Positions 36,085-45,267 of a DNA stretch of 64,000 nt are shown one piece after another. This DNA is from an uncultured Bacteroidota bacterium. GTDB lineage: Bacteria; Bacteroidota; Bacteroidia; Bacteroidales; B18-G4. The notes under the pieces are model-generated. The model ran no database searches. It worked only from the letters and a program-made list of their open reading frames with translations, and was not told the DNA's origin. The stretch's first letter is position 1. The number at the start of each line of letters is the position of its first letter. Position numbers and translations under genes: made by a program. The stretch spans positions 270,534-334,533 of the forward strand of contig CAWCAB010000001.1 of assembly GCA_963793485.1 (NCBI GenBank), read 5' to 3'.

Positions 36085-38265
36085 ATGAAAACTATGAACA
36101 AATTATGTGTATTTCTATTTCTTTTCTTCCTGTGTATTGCATCAGTATCAGCCCAGGATATCTATGAAGCTGTGACCAATGGTGACCTCGTCATGGTCAA
36201 AGAGATCCTGGCAGAGAATTCTGATCTCCTCAATGAAAAGAATTCAAACGATCTGACTCCCCTCAACCTGGCGTGCGAACGCGGACAGGCAGGGATAGTA
36301 GACTTTTTACTCAATCAAGGTGCCGATCCTTACCTGGGAGACAGGGAAAACTCACAGCCTATACATCTGGCTGCGATCAGTGGAAGTATTGAGTGTATGG
36401 ATCTTCTGCTTGACAAGGGGGTGGATATCAATCTTCAGGATGATTTTGGGATGACGCCATTATTATTTGCCTTGAGCCGCCGGCAAGCAGATATGGCCGG
36501 GTATATCATTGAAAGGGGAGCTGATATCGATTTGCGTGCTAATGTAGGCTGGGCACCTATCCACCTGGCTATAGTGACCAGGAGCGATGCTGTTGTCAAA
36601 CAACTACTTGAACAGGGGGCAGAGGTGAATGTATCACTGGAAACAGGCATGACCCCACTGCACAGTGCGGTTTCCTACGGGAACACTGAAATAGCCAAAC
36701 TCCTCATACAACATGGTGCTGATATTAAAGCGGAAAACAATCATGGTGAACAGCCTGTAAACATGGCATTGAACCCTAACACTTATGATGCACTTGTATA
36801 TCTGGTGGAAAAAGGTGCCGATATTAACCACTGTAATGCCAGGGGCGCACACCTTCTGCATAATATTGCCGGCAGGGGCACCGCTATTGAGAATGCCACT
36901 TTCCTGCTTGATCACGGAGCGGATGTTAATGTTCAGGATGATTTTGGCCGGACACCATTGTTCTTTACTACCTGGTCGGAGAATCCTGATTTAATGAGTA
37001 AGTTTTTGATCCTTAATGGTGCCAATGTGAATCCGGTGAATTGCAAAGATGTTCGGACAGGTGTCTGTTTTACAGATTTCAGTACGCCTTTACATGGCGC
37101 TGTCAGGCATGGTCAGCTTGAACTTGCGAAAAATCTGGTCATGAATGGCGCAAGAGTGAATGTATATAATGATGAAGGCCTGACTCCACTGCATTATGCT
37201 GTGATGAGCGGGAATCCCGAGATCGTGCAATACCTGATCGATCATGGTGCTTTTCTGAATGTACCGGAAAAAGAACTGGGAAGCACAGAATTGCATCTCT
37301 CAGTAGCCATGGGATATACTGATATTACAGATATTCTCCTGGAGCATGGTGCGGCAATGGATGTGGCCGATTATAATGGTAAGACACCTTTTGATTATGC
37401 CATGTACTATAATCATAAGGGTCTTGGATACGACCTACTGGCCAATGGTGCCGATGATTCTAAACTGGGCGAATACCTGAGTAAGCCTGATGAAGTGGCT
37501 GCGGAAGTCGCTCCCGGTGAAGCCAGGGTATGGTTCCTGGGGCATAGCGGGTGGGCTGTTAAGACTCAGAACCACTTTCTGGTCTTCGATTATTTCTGTA
37601 ACACATGGGATAGGAAACCCGACGACTCCTGCCTGGCTTCCGGTTGCATCCTTCCCGAAGAGATCAAAGACATGAATGTAACGGTCTTCAGTACCCATAG
37701 TCATGGCGATCATTATGATGCCAGGATCTTTGACTGGAAAGAGACCATTCCCGACATCGAATATGTTCTTTGCTGGAATCAGCCTACCGATGGGCATGAG
37801 TATACACTAATCCCTGTGCATGAAGAAAAAATGATTGAGGACATGAATGTTTATGTCCATCATTCAACGGACCTTGGAGGAGGTTATCTCATAGAAGTGG
37901 ATGGCCTGACCATTTTACATATGGGTGACCATGCCAACGGAGAAGACGGACTGATGGCTGAGTTCACCGATGAGATTGACATAATAAAGGAAAAGGGATA
38001 CGATATCGACATCATGTTTGCCGGTATCCGTGGCTGTAGTCTGGGGGAACCCGAACAGGTGAAAAGAGGACTTTATTATACACTTGAGAACCTTCAGCCA
38101 GAACTCTTTGTGCCCATGCATAATGGCTCACATTCATTTCAATACAAAGCTTTTGTTGAAACAGCGAAGGAGGATGGCTTTGAGATGGATATGATCTATC
38201 CGGTACACAAGGGAGATAGATTTACCTATTCGAATACAGAGAAAGAACAGATTAGCAAGCTTTGA
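36085..38265 (+). CDS. secreted ankyrin-repeat protein fused to a C-terminal metallo-beta-lactamase-fold domain
   Basis: 726 aa with a signal peptide (MKTMNKLCVFLFLFFLCIASVSAQ). About a dozen ankyrin repeats (TPLNLACERGQAGIVDFLLNQGADP...). C-terminal MBL-like FLGHSGWAV...STHSHGDHYD...LHMGDHANG...PMHNG. Confidence 0.8.
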   Translation: MKTMNKLCVFLFLFFLCIASVSAQDIYEAVTNGDLVMVKEILAENSDLLNEKNSNDLTPLNLACERGQAGIVDFLLNQGADPYLGDRENSQPIHLAAISGSIECMDLLLDKGVDINLQDDFGMTPLLFALSRRQADMAGYIIERGADIDLRANVGWAPIHLAIVTRSDAVVKQLLEQGAEVNVSLETGMTPLHSAVSYGNTEIAKLLIQHGADIKAENNHGEQPVNMALNPNTYDALVYLVEKGADINHCNARGAHLLHNIAGRGTAIENATFLLDHGADVNVQDDFGRTPLFFTTWSENPDLMSKFLILNGANVNPVNCKDVRTGVCFTDFSTPLHGAVRHGQLELAKNLVMNGARVNVYNDEGLTPLHYAVMSGNPEIVQYLIDHGAFLNVPEKELGSTELHLSVAMGYTDITDILLEHGAAMDVADYNGKTPFDYAMYYNHKGLGYDLLANGADDSKLGEYLSKPDEVAAEVAPGEARVWFLGHSGWAVKTQNHFLVFDYFCNTWDRKPDDSCLASGCILPEEIKDMNVTVFSTHSHGDHYDARIFDWKETIPDIEYVLCWNQPTDGHEYTLIPVHEEKMIEDMNVYVHHSTDLGGGYLIEVDGLTILHMGDHANGEDGLMAEFTDEIDIIKEKGYDIDIMFAGIRGCSLGEPEQVKRGLYYTLENLQPELFVPMHNGSHSFQYKAFVETAKEDGFEMDMIYPVHKGDRFTYSNTEKEQISKL

Positions 38266-38341
38266 TATGAAATATGAAATCTGAATTCTGAAATCTGATA
38301 TACCTCAAACCTCAAATATCAAATATCAGATATCAGATTTC
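38265..38341. repeat. heptanucleotide tandem array, 11 units, filling the spacer exactly from stop to stop
   Basis: atatgaa atatgaa atctgaa ttctgaa atctgat atacctc aaacctc aaatatc aaatatc agatatc agatttc. The flanking stops are at 38263-38265 (+) and 38342-38344 (-). Confidence 0.95.
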
Positions 38342-39271
38342 CTAACGTCTGTAATTAATGATGTATGTATCCAGCTCTTCTATGCTTGATTCAAAATCAA
38401 AAGCATCGTTAACGCGGAAATAATTTCCAACATCCAGTGTGGAGCCATATGCGTATTTGGCGATCTCAAGCTTATCTTCCTCAAAATCGAACTGCTCCAT
38501 GATTTGCATGACCTGGGAGCTCAGCACGCAATTCTTATCCAGGACCTGTTTAGCAAGCAATAGCTTGCTGTCGGAGAAGTCCTTGCTGGCTATAGAATGC
38601 AGTGCCATTTGAAAATCGGCATCTTCCATAGGGTAGGGGCAGCCATAGTATCCATCATAGCCTGGCAGTACATACACTACTTCTGTTGTACCACCCACGA
38701 CTGCACCTGTACTGGTCGATGTAGTGGTTGTTGTTGTAGTGCTTGTGCTCGTTGTGCTGCTTTCATTAATATTCACGTTCATGCTTACTCCGCTCATATT
38801 GGTGTTCACATTCACGTTTGTTCCTGTTCCCGGCGCTGCTACCTGGGTTGTGGTGGTGGTTGAAGTAACGCTAACTGAAGCTGCCGGTGGAGTGGTCGAA
38901 TAAACATGCACTACCTGCGTAGTCGGTGGAGGTGGAGCCTGTGCAATTGGCACTGAGTTCTGAAAACGCAATACGTACTCTCCTTTTTTATTGGCTTTTA
39001 CCATGTAAGTGTCCTGTGAGCTTCCATTCTGGTAATATATGGTCTTGTCGAGATCGGGGATCTCTCCTTCAAAGATGATCTTAAGCTTATAGCTGGGCGC
39101 TATAAGGTCTGTGATCAGAACGTTGGTTTCAGGATCTGCATTTTGCAGTACCCCATTCAGAACCACCTGAAAACGTTCACCGTTCTCAGAGAAAACGATC
39201 AGGTTTGACTTTTGTGAAAAGGCAGGAAATAGCAGTCCTGCGAGGAGTAAACTCAGTAGTACTTTTTTCAT
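38342..39271 (-). CDS. secreted DUF4476-domain protein with Thr/Ser-rich linker
   Basis: 309 aa. Signal peptide, low-complexity TSTTTTTQ...TTTTTTTSTST linker, C-terminal DFSDSKLLLAKQVL...FDFEEDKLEIAKYAY typical of DUF4476. Confidence 0.65.
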   Translation of the reverse strand: MKKVLLSLLLAGLLFPAFSQKSNLIVFSENGERFQVVLNGVLQNADPETNVLITDLIAPSYKLKIIFEGEIPDLDKTIYYQNGSSQDTYMVKANKKGEYVLRFQNSVPIAQAPPPPTTQVVHVYSTTPPAASVSVTSTTTTTQVAAPGTGTNVNVNTNMSGVSMNVNINESSTTSTSTTTTTTTSTSTGAVVGGTTEVVYVLPGYDGYYGCPYPMEDADFQMALHSIASKDFSDSKLLLAKQVLDKNCVLSSQVMQIMEQFDFEEDKLEIAKYAYGSTLDVGNYFRVNDAFDFESSIEELDTYIINYRR

Positions 39272-39385
39272 AGTTATGGATTTGGCGTTGATTTAGCTTT
39301 ACTTAAAAAAGTGTGCCAAAAATCGGAAATTCCAACAAACTATTCCTACAATTGTTTAATATGGAAAGAGTTTAAATAGATTATA

Positions 39386-39434
39386 GGTGCTGGGTGCTGG
39401 GTGCTGGGTTCTGGGCACTAGCTGTTAGTAGCAG
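39386..39434. repeat. heptanucleotide tandem array, 7 units
   Basis: ggtgctg ggtgctg ggtgctg ggttctg ggcacta gctgtta gtagcag. Confidence 0.9.
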
Positions 39435-39472
39435 GGATTAGAATGAACAAGAAAATTAAATTGTCAGAAAAC

Positions 39473-40195
39473 TTAGTCCTTTATACAACGGACAGAAAAT
39501 CCAGGATGCTTTGCACCATCGTTGGTGTATAAATAGCTGTAATTATACATTATATTGCTTAGCCATGCATCTTCAGGAAAAGATTCAGACTCAGTTGCAC
39601 TCCACCACCAGGCACGGTAACCAACATCAAGAAAATCGGCAGTTTCTGCGGAAGAGTTACGATAGCCTGCCGGAAGTGCTGTAAAACCACTTGAGTTGCT
39701 TGCACCTGTATTTGGACTTTCCCAATGTGCAAAGCCTGCTTCTTTTAGTTTTCCTCCGGCTATACTATCTCCACCTAAATAGTTGGCTAGTTGTGTCCAA
39801 TCTTCAAGGGTAGGTACATGCCAACCAGTAGGAGCCAATTTCCCGGTATTTACAGCATACCAGTTGTATAATGCCCCATAGGTGTCTTTGTATGTTATAC
39901 TATTGTTGTACCAGCAATATCCAGGAGTGGTAGCCTCATACCACTGTACCCTGTCAATGATGTTAGGAATAGGAGTGCCATCCCTGTAGGTTGTCGTTTT
40001 TAGATTTTCAGTCATCCATGTTTGAGAGCCAATGATTACTGTATTGTAGGTGTTGCCATCAATGTCGGAGAGTATCCCTGGCTCTGGTCCTGTTTCTATT
40101 TCAGGTTCATCGTCTTCCGTACAAGCAGTTGACAGCGTTGTGATAAATACAATTAAAACTAATGGGTAAATCCAAAATATTTTATGCTTTTTCAT
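39473..40195 (-). CDS. FISUMP-domain lipoprotein
   Basis: 240 aa. Lipobox LSTA-C followed by TEDDEPE. WMTENLKTT...APTGWHVPTLEDWTQLANYLGG...WWWSAT...VRCIKD. Confidence 0.8.
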   Translation of the reverse strand: MKKHKIFWIYPLVLIVFITTLSTACTEDDEPEIETGPEPGILSDIDGNTYNTVIIGSQTWMTENLKTTTYRDGTPIPNIIDRVQWYEATTPGYCWYNNSITYKDTYGALYNWYAVNTGKLAPTGWHVPTLEDWTQLANYLGGDSIAGGKLKEAGFAHWESPNTGASNSSGFTALPAGYRNSSAETADFLDVGYRAWWWSATESESFPEDAWLSNIMYNYSYLYTNDGAKHPGFSVRCIKD

Positions 40196-40378
40196 ATTAA
40201 GTAATTTAAGAGTTGGTACTCATTTTACTAAGATTTCTGTTTTGTCTGAAGGTACACAAGGGCAATGATGAGATCCGTTGTGGCTTAATTCTCTGCCTAT
40301 AAAATTAGTTAAATCCCTGACTTATTCTTGATTTATTTTTATCAAATTTAAAAAATCATGTTGTCTGCCAGATAGAAA

Positions 40379-40434
40379 CAGCCCCCAGCCCCCAGCTATC
40401 AGCCTACTGTCAACTGTCAACCGCCAACTGTCAA
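40379..40434. repeat. heptanucleotide tandem array, 8 units
   Basis: cagcccc cagcccc cagctat cagccta ctgtcaa ctgtcaa ccgccaa ctgtcaa. Confidence 0.9.
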
Positions 40435-40455
40435 CTTCTTACTATATTTGTAATA

Positions 40456-41874
40456 ATGAACATCCACCAGCATATCTCAGGTACCGAGCTTTCATGGCTC
40501 GACCTCGGGCTACTCATCATCTATACCCTTGTATGCATAGGAATCGGACTCTGGAATTCTAGGAAACAGGCTGATGCCGATTTCCTGATCGCGGGCAGGT
40601 CGCTGAATCAATGGGGTTTCGTTACCTCAGTAGTGGCAAGTTATATCGGCGGTGCCGCCATTGTTGCTTATGCGGCATATGTATACAATTTTGGTATTTC
40701 AGCCATTGCCGTATTTGTTGGAACATCGCTGGGCTTCCTTTTCTTTATTCCCTATGCCAAAAAACTCCGAAAGACTGGGGCCGATGAACGTTTTTATACT
40801 CTGTCTGACTGGTTTTACCATAAATTCGGGAAAGGCCCCGGTGCATTGTCTTCGGCCATATTGCTCTTCGTTTATTTTGGCATGCTTCTGAACCAGTTTA
40901 TTGCAGGCAGCAGCATCCTGGCAAATATCAGTGGGCTATCATATGAGCTGTCTTTATTGATCTCCAGCGGTATCATTACCATCTACCTTGTTGCAGGAGG
41001 ATTTAACAGTGTGATCAAGACCGACATCTTTCAATATATCGTTCTGTTTGTCCTCTTTATTCTCCTGGCGGTGATGGTGACAAGCCAGCAGCATGAACTG
41101 GTTTTTGATATGGTCGACCTTTCCAGCATGAATATCAGTATGACCATAGCTTTCGTAGCTTTTGGAATCTTCATAATCTTCCAGTCGGCCGAATACTGGC
41201 AAAGAGTGTATGCTGCCAAATCAGATAAGGTGGTTTCAAATGGCTTGAAAACGGCCGCATTGCTTACCCTCGTCACGGGCTTTGCCATTACCCTGATCGG
41301 CCTTTCGGCACACCATAACTCACCGGGCATTGAGGCCAGGGATGCCTTTGCTGAAGGCCTCTCACATATGATCTCAGGCAAATACCTGGGAGCAGCACTG
41401 GTACTTATGTTTGCAGCGATCATGAGCTCTGCCGATACGCAGATCTTTGTGTTGGCCTCCAGTGTGAGCGTTGACTGGATGCAGAGGTTTTCACCGAATA
41501 AACAATCGGAGGGAAAACTAAAGAGACAAACAAGGCTGAGCATTATTTTCTTTTCAATGTTGGGACTCTTATGCGCTTGGTTCATGCGCGATTTGGTAAC
41601 TGTAATCGTGTTTATTACCGGTGTTGGCTTTACCATCATCCCGGCAGCTATAGCCTCCTTCCATTTTAAATTATTTCCACGAGCTGTACTGGCAAGCTTC
41701 ATCAGCGGTGTTCTATGGGTGATTGGCCTTGCCATCTTTGCATCTCTGCAGGAACAACCCTTTGACTATTTTAAAGATAATGCCGACCTGGCGATCTTAT
41801 CCATTGCTGTGTCTTTGATCACCCTCATCATCATGCAATTAATTTTAAAAGCTGGGAAGGATGAAAAAGCTTAA
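40456..41874 (+). CDS. sodium:solute symporter (SSS) family transporter
   Basis: 472 aa with 12-13 TM helices. N-terminal FLIAGRSLNQWGF motif typical of SSS permeases. Confidence 0.8.
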   Translation: MNIHQHISGTELSWLDLGLLIIYTLVCIGIGLWNSRKQADADFLIAGRSLNQWGFVTSVVASYIGGAAIVAYAAYVYNFGISAIAVFVGTSLGFLFFIPYAKKLRKTGADERFYTLSDWFYHKFGKGPGALSSAILLFVYFGMLLNQFIAGSSILANISGLSYELSLLISSGIITIYLVAGGFNSVIKTDIFQYIVLFVLFILLAVMVTSQQHELVFDMVDLSSMNISMTIAFVAFGIFIIFQSAEYWQRVYAAKSDKVVSNGLKTAALLTLVTGFAITLIGLSAHHNSPGIEARDAFAEGLSHMISGKYLGAALVLMFAAIMSSADTQIFVLASSVSVDWMQRFSPNKQSEGKLKRQTRLSIIFFSMLGLLCAWFMRDLVTVIVFITGVGFTIIPAAIASFHFKLFPRAVLASFISGVLWVIGLAIFASLQEQPFDYFKDNADLAILSIAVSLITLIIMQLILKAGKDEKA

Positions 41875-43207
41875 ACATTGCATGTATCCTGTTCTGGCTA
41901 TCCTATTTATAGGGATGGGGATGGTGTCATATGCACAGGATACTACTGCCGTGAAGAAAGGCTGGTCTATTGTGCCTTTTCCTGTGCTGGGCTATGATGC
42001 CGACATGGGATTCCAGTTTGGAGCCCTGGGCAGTGCCTTCTACTATGGTGATGGCTCCACTTATCCAGAATACCTGCATTCCATTTATGCGGAGGCCTCC
42101 TGGTTCACGAAGGGGAGTGCAGTGTATCAACTGTTTTACGATTCCAAGCATTTGCTTCCATGGAACATCAGGATCACCGCCGACTTTGCTTACCTGACTG
42201 AAAAGGCGCTGGATTTTTATGGTTTTAACGGCTACCAGTCAGCTTACCATCCTGAACTGGAGGATGATGGATCCGATGACTATATTTCAAGGGTCTATTA
42301 CCGCCAGGAGAGGAAGCTTTTTCGTACCGTCATCGATCTGCAGGGGAATCTTGCCGGTCCAAAAATCAGGTGGATAGCAGGTTTCAGCCTCTTCGATATC
42401 CGGACAGCAACAGTGGATGTAGAGAATATCAACAAAGGCAAGAAAGAGAGTAAGATGCTGCCCGATACGACTTTATTGTATGATTATTATGTAGATTGGG
42501 GACTGATTGAGGAGGACGAGAAGAATGGGGGGAGCACCAAGATGATCAAAGTTGGACTGGTCTTCGATTCGCGCGACAATGAACCTGCACCAAACCGGGG
42601 CGTATGGTCGGAAGTATTATTCCTGACGGCGCCCGGCTTCATGGGCAACAAACCATATGCTTTCAATAAGCTGGCAATTACGCATCGTCAATACATCAGT
42701 ATTGTTAAAAACAAATTGGTTTTTGCCTATCGCCTCAGCATGCAAACTACCATTGGTAAGCAGGCTCCTTATTATATCCTTCCATATCAGTTCAGTTCTT
42801 TTACCAAAACCACTAAGCCTGATGGCCTTGGCGGTTCCAACACCATTCGTGGAGTACTGCGTGACCGTATTGTTGGAGATGGTACTGCATACGGCAATCT
42901 TGAAATCCGTTGGAAGTTCCTGAAAACCATACTGTTTAATCAGAATCTCTACCTGGCAGTATATGCTTTTTATGATGCCGGACAGGTGATCCGCGAAAGA
43001 GATTTGGACATGAGTATGGTGCCTCCTGAAGATATGACATCAGGCAACTATTTCGACCAAAAGAATGATGGCCTGCACCAGGGCCTCGGACTGGGCTTAC
43101 GCGTTGGGCTGAATGAAAACTTCGTACTGGTGGTCGATTATGGCCGCGCCCTGGATAGGAGGGATGGGGTTTCGGGGCTGTATATTGGCGTAGGAAACAT
43201 TTTTTAG
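41861..43207 (+). CDS. outer-membrane beta-barrel protein, Omp85/surface-antigen-like barrel without obvious POTRA domains
   Basis: 448 aa. Signal peptide, alternating beta-strand pattern, terminal aromatic (GLYIGVGNIF). Overlaps the symporter gene by 14 nt. Confidence 0.5.
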   Translation: MKKLKHCMYPVLAILFIGMGMVSYAQDTTAVKKGWSIVPFPVLGYDADMGFQFGALGSAFYYGDGSTYPEYLHSIYAEASWFTKGSAVYQLFYDSKHLLPWNIRITADFAYLTEKALDFYGFNGYQSAYHPELEDDGSDDYISRVYYRQERKLFRTVIDLQGNLAGPKIRWIAGFSLFDIRTATVDVENINKGKKESKMLPDTTLLYDYYVDWGLIEEDEKNGGSTKMIKVGLVFDSRDNEPAPNRGVWSEVLFLTAPGFMGNKPYAFNKLAITHRQYISIVKNKLVFAYRLSMQTTIGKQAPYYILPYQFSSFTKTTKPDGLGGSNTIRGVLRDRIVGDGTAYGNLEIRWKFLKTILFNQNLYLAVYAFYDAGQVIRERDLDMSMVPPEDMTSGNYFDQKNDGLHQGLGLGLRVGLNENFVLVVDYGRALDRRDGVSGLYIGVGNIF

Positions 43208-43208
43208 T

Positions 43209-43250
43209 CATATATCATATAGCATTGAGCATTGAACATGTAGCATTTAG
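43209..43250. repeat. heptanucleotide array (left arm flanking the four-helix-bundle gene)
   Basis: catatat catatag cattgag cattgaa catgtag catttag. Confidence 0.9.
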
Positions 43251-43630
43251 TGTTTTTTATTTTGCTCTTTTCTCCCTATCATGTTTTTACGTGTTGATTC
43301 TATTGTCCTGTACATAATGGCAATAAGCTGATCACATTCGATATAGCATAAATTATATGCTTCTTCCTTTGACTCTGGGACTACATTTGTCATTAACTTC
43401 AAACACACTTTGGTTTCTCGGAGTTCTTTTAAGACCAACGTCGTTTTATGAATGAAATCCCTTTTTGATTCTGCTGATTGAGCTTCCGCATAGTTCAAGG
43501 CAGCACTGGTTGAGGATCTCATGATCTGAGAGATCAAATGCTTTGATAAACAATTTTTAACAAGCAAATTACAAAGCGTATCAATCGATAGTGCAAGCTG
43601 GATTAATCGGGATTCTATCTCTTTTTTCAT
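43247..43630 (-). CDS. four-helix-bundle protein (23S rRNA intervening-sequence protein / Avd-like family)
   Basis: Start at the internal Met (ATG at 43628-43630): MKKEIESRLIQLALSI...MRSSTSAALNYAEAQSAESKRDFIHKTTLVLKELRETKVCLKL... This is the characteristic TIGR02436-type pattern. The 5' extension in the ORF track (to 43837) runs through a heptamer array. Confidence 0.8.
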   Translation of the reverse strand: MKKEIESRLIQLALSIDTLCNLLVKNCLSKHLISQIMRSSTSAALNYAEAQSAESKRDFIHKTTLVLKELRETKVCLKLMTNVVPESKEEAYNLCYIECDQLIAIMYRTIESTRKNMIGRKEQNKKH

Positions 43631-43713
43631 ACTAGCAGTATTGTCTACTATATTAATACCCAAAACTGCAAAATGTCCACACTCAAACAAACATAAATTG
43701 TACAAAAAGTACC

Positions 43714-43769
43714 ATATGCTAAATGATAAATGTTCAATGCTAAATGCTATATGAATAATGCTTATTTTA
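43714..43769. repeat. heptanucleotide array (right arm, inverted relative to the left arm)
   Basis: atatgct aaatgat aaatgtt caatgct aaatgct atatgaa taatgct tatttta. The reverse complement (agcattt, agcattg...) is a cyclic permutation of the left-arm units (catttag, cattgag). Confidence 0.9.
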
Positions 43770-43790
43770 GCCGCATAAAACTTATTATTT

Positions 43791-44522
43791 ATGAAACATT
43801 TCAAATACCTCTTGCTACTTCTGGCAATATCATTCATTGCCGGAGCATGTCATAAGGATCCGCCAAAGACCTATGACGATACAGACATGACCATAACTTA
43901 TTTCAACCCTGAATTTGATTATAATACATACACTACTTTCATAATGCCGGATTCAGCAGTGCTGAAAACAAATTACCTGACTGAAAGTGAGGTGGATAAT
44001 TTCTATAAGAATGATGGAACTTCAGAGAAGGTACTTGAATTGTTAAAGAATAGCTTCTTATCAATGGGATACACTGAAGTGGATACCATTACGGAAGCAG
44101 ATTTTATTGCCTTACCTACGATACTTATGACGGAATCTGATGATATCGTTTATTACGGTACTGGCTGGTGGTGGGGATATCCTGGCTATGGCTGGGGCTA
44201 TGGCTGGTATAAAAAAAGCACTAATTACTATTATGGATGGTATCCGTATTACCCCTGGTATCCAACTGCCATTCCTGTAAGCATTTCTACATATGTTGGG
44301 ACTGTTGTTTATGAAATGCTTGATGCAGCATCCTACCTGGAAGTGGTAGAATGGAATGAGAATAATCCAGACCCGGGCCCTGATGACGTCTCTCCTCAAC
44401 TGAAGATCAACTGGCAGGCTCAGATCGAAGGTTATTCTACCGATGACGGATCCTATAATCAGGAAAGAGCACAGAGAGGAACGGATGAGGCCTTGGCTCA
44501 ATCACCTTATCTTTATAAGTAA
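43791..44522 (+). CDS. lipoprotein, DUF4136-like, with aromatic/Gly-rich insert
   Basis: 243 aa. Lipobox IAGA-C followed by HKD. Unusual GTGWWWGYPGYGWGYGWYKKSTNYYYGWYPYYPWYP segment. Confidence 0.5.
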   Translation: MKHFKYLLLLLAISFIAGACHKDPPKTYDDTDMTITYFNPEFDYNTYTTFIMPDSAVLKTNYLTESEVDNFYKNDGTSEKVLELLKNSFLSMGYTEVDTITEADFIALPTILMTESDDIVYYGTGWWWGYPGYGWGYGWYKKSTNYYYGWYPYYPWYPTAIPVSISTYVGTVVYEMLDAASYLEVVEWNENNPDPGPDDVSPQLKINWQAQIEGYSTDDGSYNQERAQRGTDEALAQSPYLYK

Positions 44523-44543
44523 CAACAGTAAAAGATAATATCG

Positions 44544-45167
44544 ATGAAAAGAATAATAATACTATCACTGATCATATTAGCCACTGCCGGAACTGCTTCT
44601 TCGCAGTCAATCTTTAGTTTAGCCTATGAGCCATCTACTCCGCTGGGTGATATGAAAAACTTTATCAGCCCGACCAGCCTTCGCGGATTAAGTGCCTCTG
44701 CCGACTGGTATCTGAATAAGAGGCTTACTGTAGGAGGTACTCTGCAATGGACCGGATTCTACGAAAAAGATGAAAGGTACACCTGGATATTCGATGATGG
44801 GGCTGTTACTGCCACTGCATGGAAGGAGTTTTATCTGATTTCTATCCTGGCAAATGTCAAATACTATTTTAATGATGACGATGGGAGCTTATTTGCTCCT
44901 TATGTAGGCCTTGGAGTAGGGACAATGTATGTCGATCAAAATGCCCAGGTGGGTACTTATGAATTTGATGATAAGTCATGGAAATTTGCCATTGCACCTG
45001 AAGTCGGGACACGCCTGCCTCTGGGACTTGAAAAAACCTGGGGACTTAACTTCAAGATCAGATACCAGATGGCATTTTATGACAAAAATGATATCAACCT
45101 CCTGAACTTCCTCAACTATAGTGTAGGAGTTTACTGGAAACTATATAAGCGAGGGGAAAGATATTAG
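44544..45167 (+). CDS. outer-membrane beta-barrel protein
   Basis: 207 aa. Signal peptide and alternating hydrophobic beta-strand pattern. Confidence 0.5.
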   Translation: MKRIIILSLIILATAGTASSQSIFSLAYEPSTPLGDMKNFISPTSLRGLSASADWYLNKRLTVGGTLQWTGFYEKDERYTWIFDDGAVTATAWKEFYLISILANVKYYFNDDDGSLFAPYVGLGVGTMYVDQNAQVGTYEFDDKSWKFAIAPEVGTRLPLGLEKTWGLNFKIRYQMAFYDKNDINLLNFLNYSVGVYWKLYKRGERY

Positions 45168-45267
45168 ATTAGTGAATAGTGACTAGTACCTAGTTCCTAG
45201 TACCTAGTTCCTAGTACCTAGTTCCTAATTACTAATTACTAATTACTAATGACTAATGACTAATGCC
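45163..45267. repeat. heptanucleotide tandem array, 15 in-phase units
   Basis: attagat tagtgaa tagtgac tagtacc tagttcc tagtacc tagttcc tagtacc tagttcc taattac x3 taatgac x2 taatgcc. Contains the + stop (45165-45167) and the hydF stop plus its last codons (45253-45267). Confidence 0.95.

Noticed and set aside
38597-38863. A Cys/His-rich + ORF and apparent DNA repeats at 38700-38860.
   Set aside because: The region is the antisense of the Thr/Ser-rich low-complexity linker of the DUF4476 protein. It is codon-level redundancy (acc/act/agt runs), not a heptamer array.
41031-41735. A 234-aa minus-strand ORF inside the symporter gene.
   Set aside because: It is fully antisense to a well-supported SSS transporter, with a low-complexity composition and no signal or domain.
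43247-43630. The Avd-like four-helix-bundle gene as an indicator of a diversity-generating retroelement.
   Set aside because: No reverse transcriptase and no template or variable repeat pair were detected in the window. This gene family commonly occurs alone.
43631-43837. The 69-codon N-terminal extension of the four-helix-bundle ORF.
   Set aside because: It runs through the right-hand heptamer array and overlaps the start of the + strand lipoprotein gene at 43791. The family is about 120-130 aa, and the internal Met fits that.
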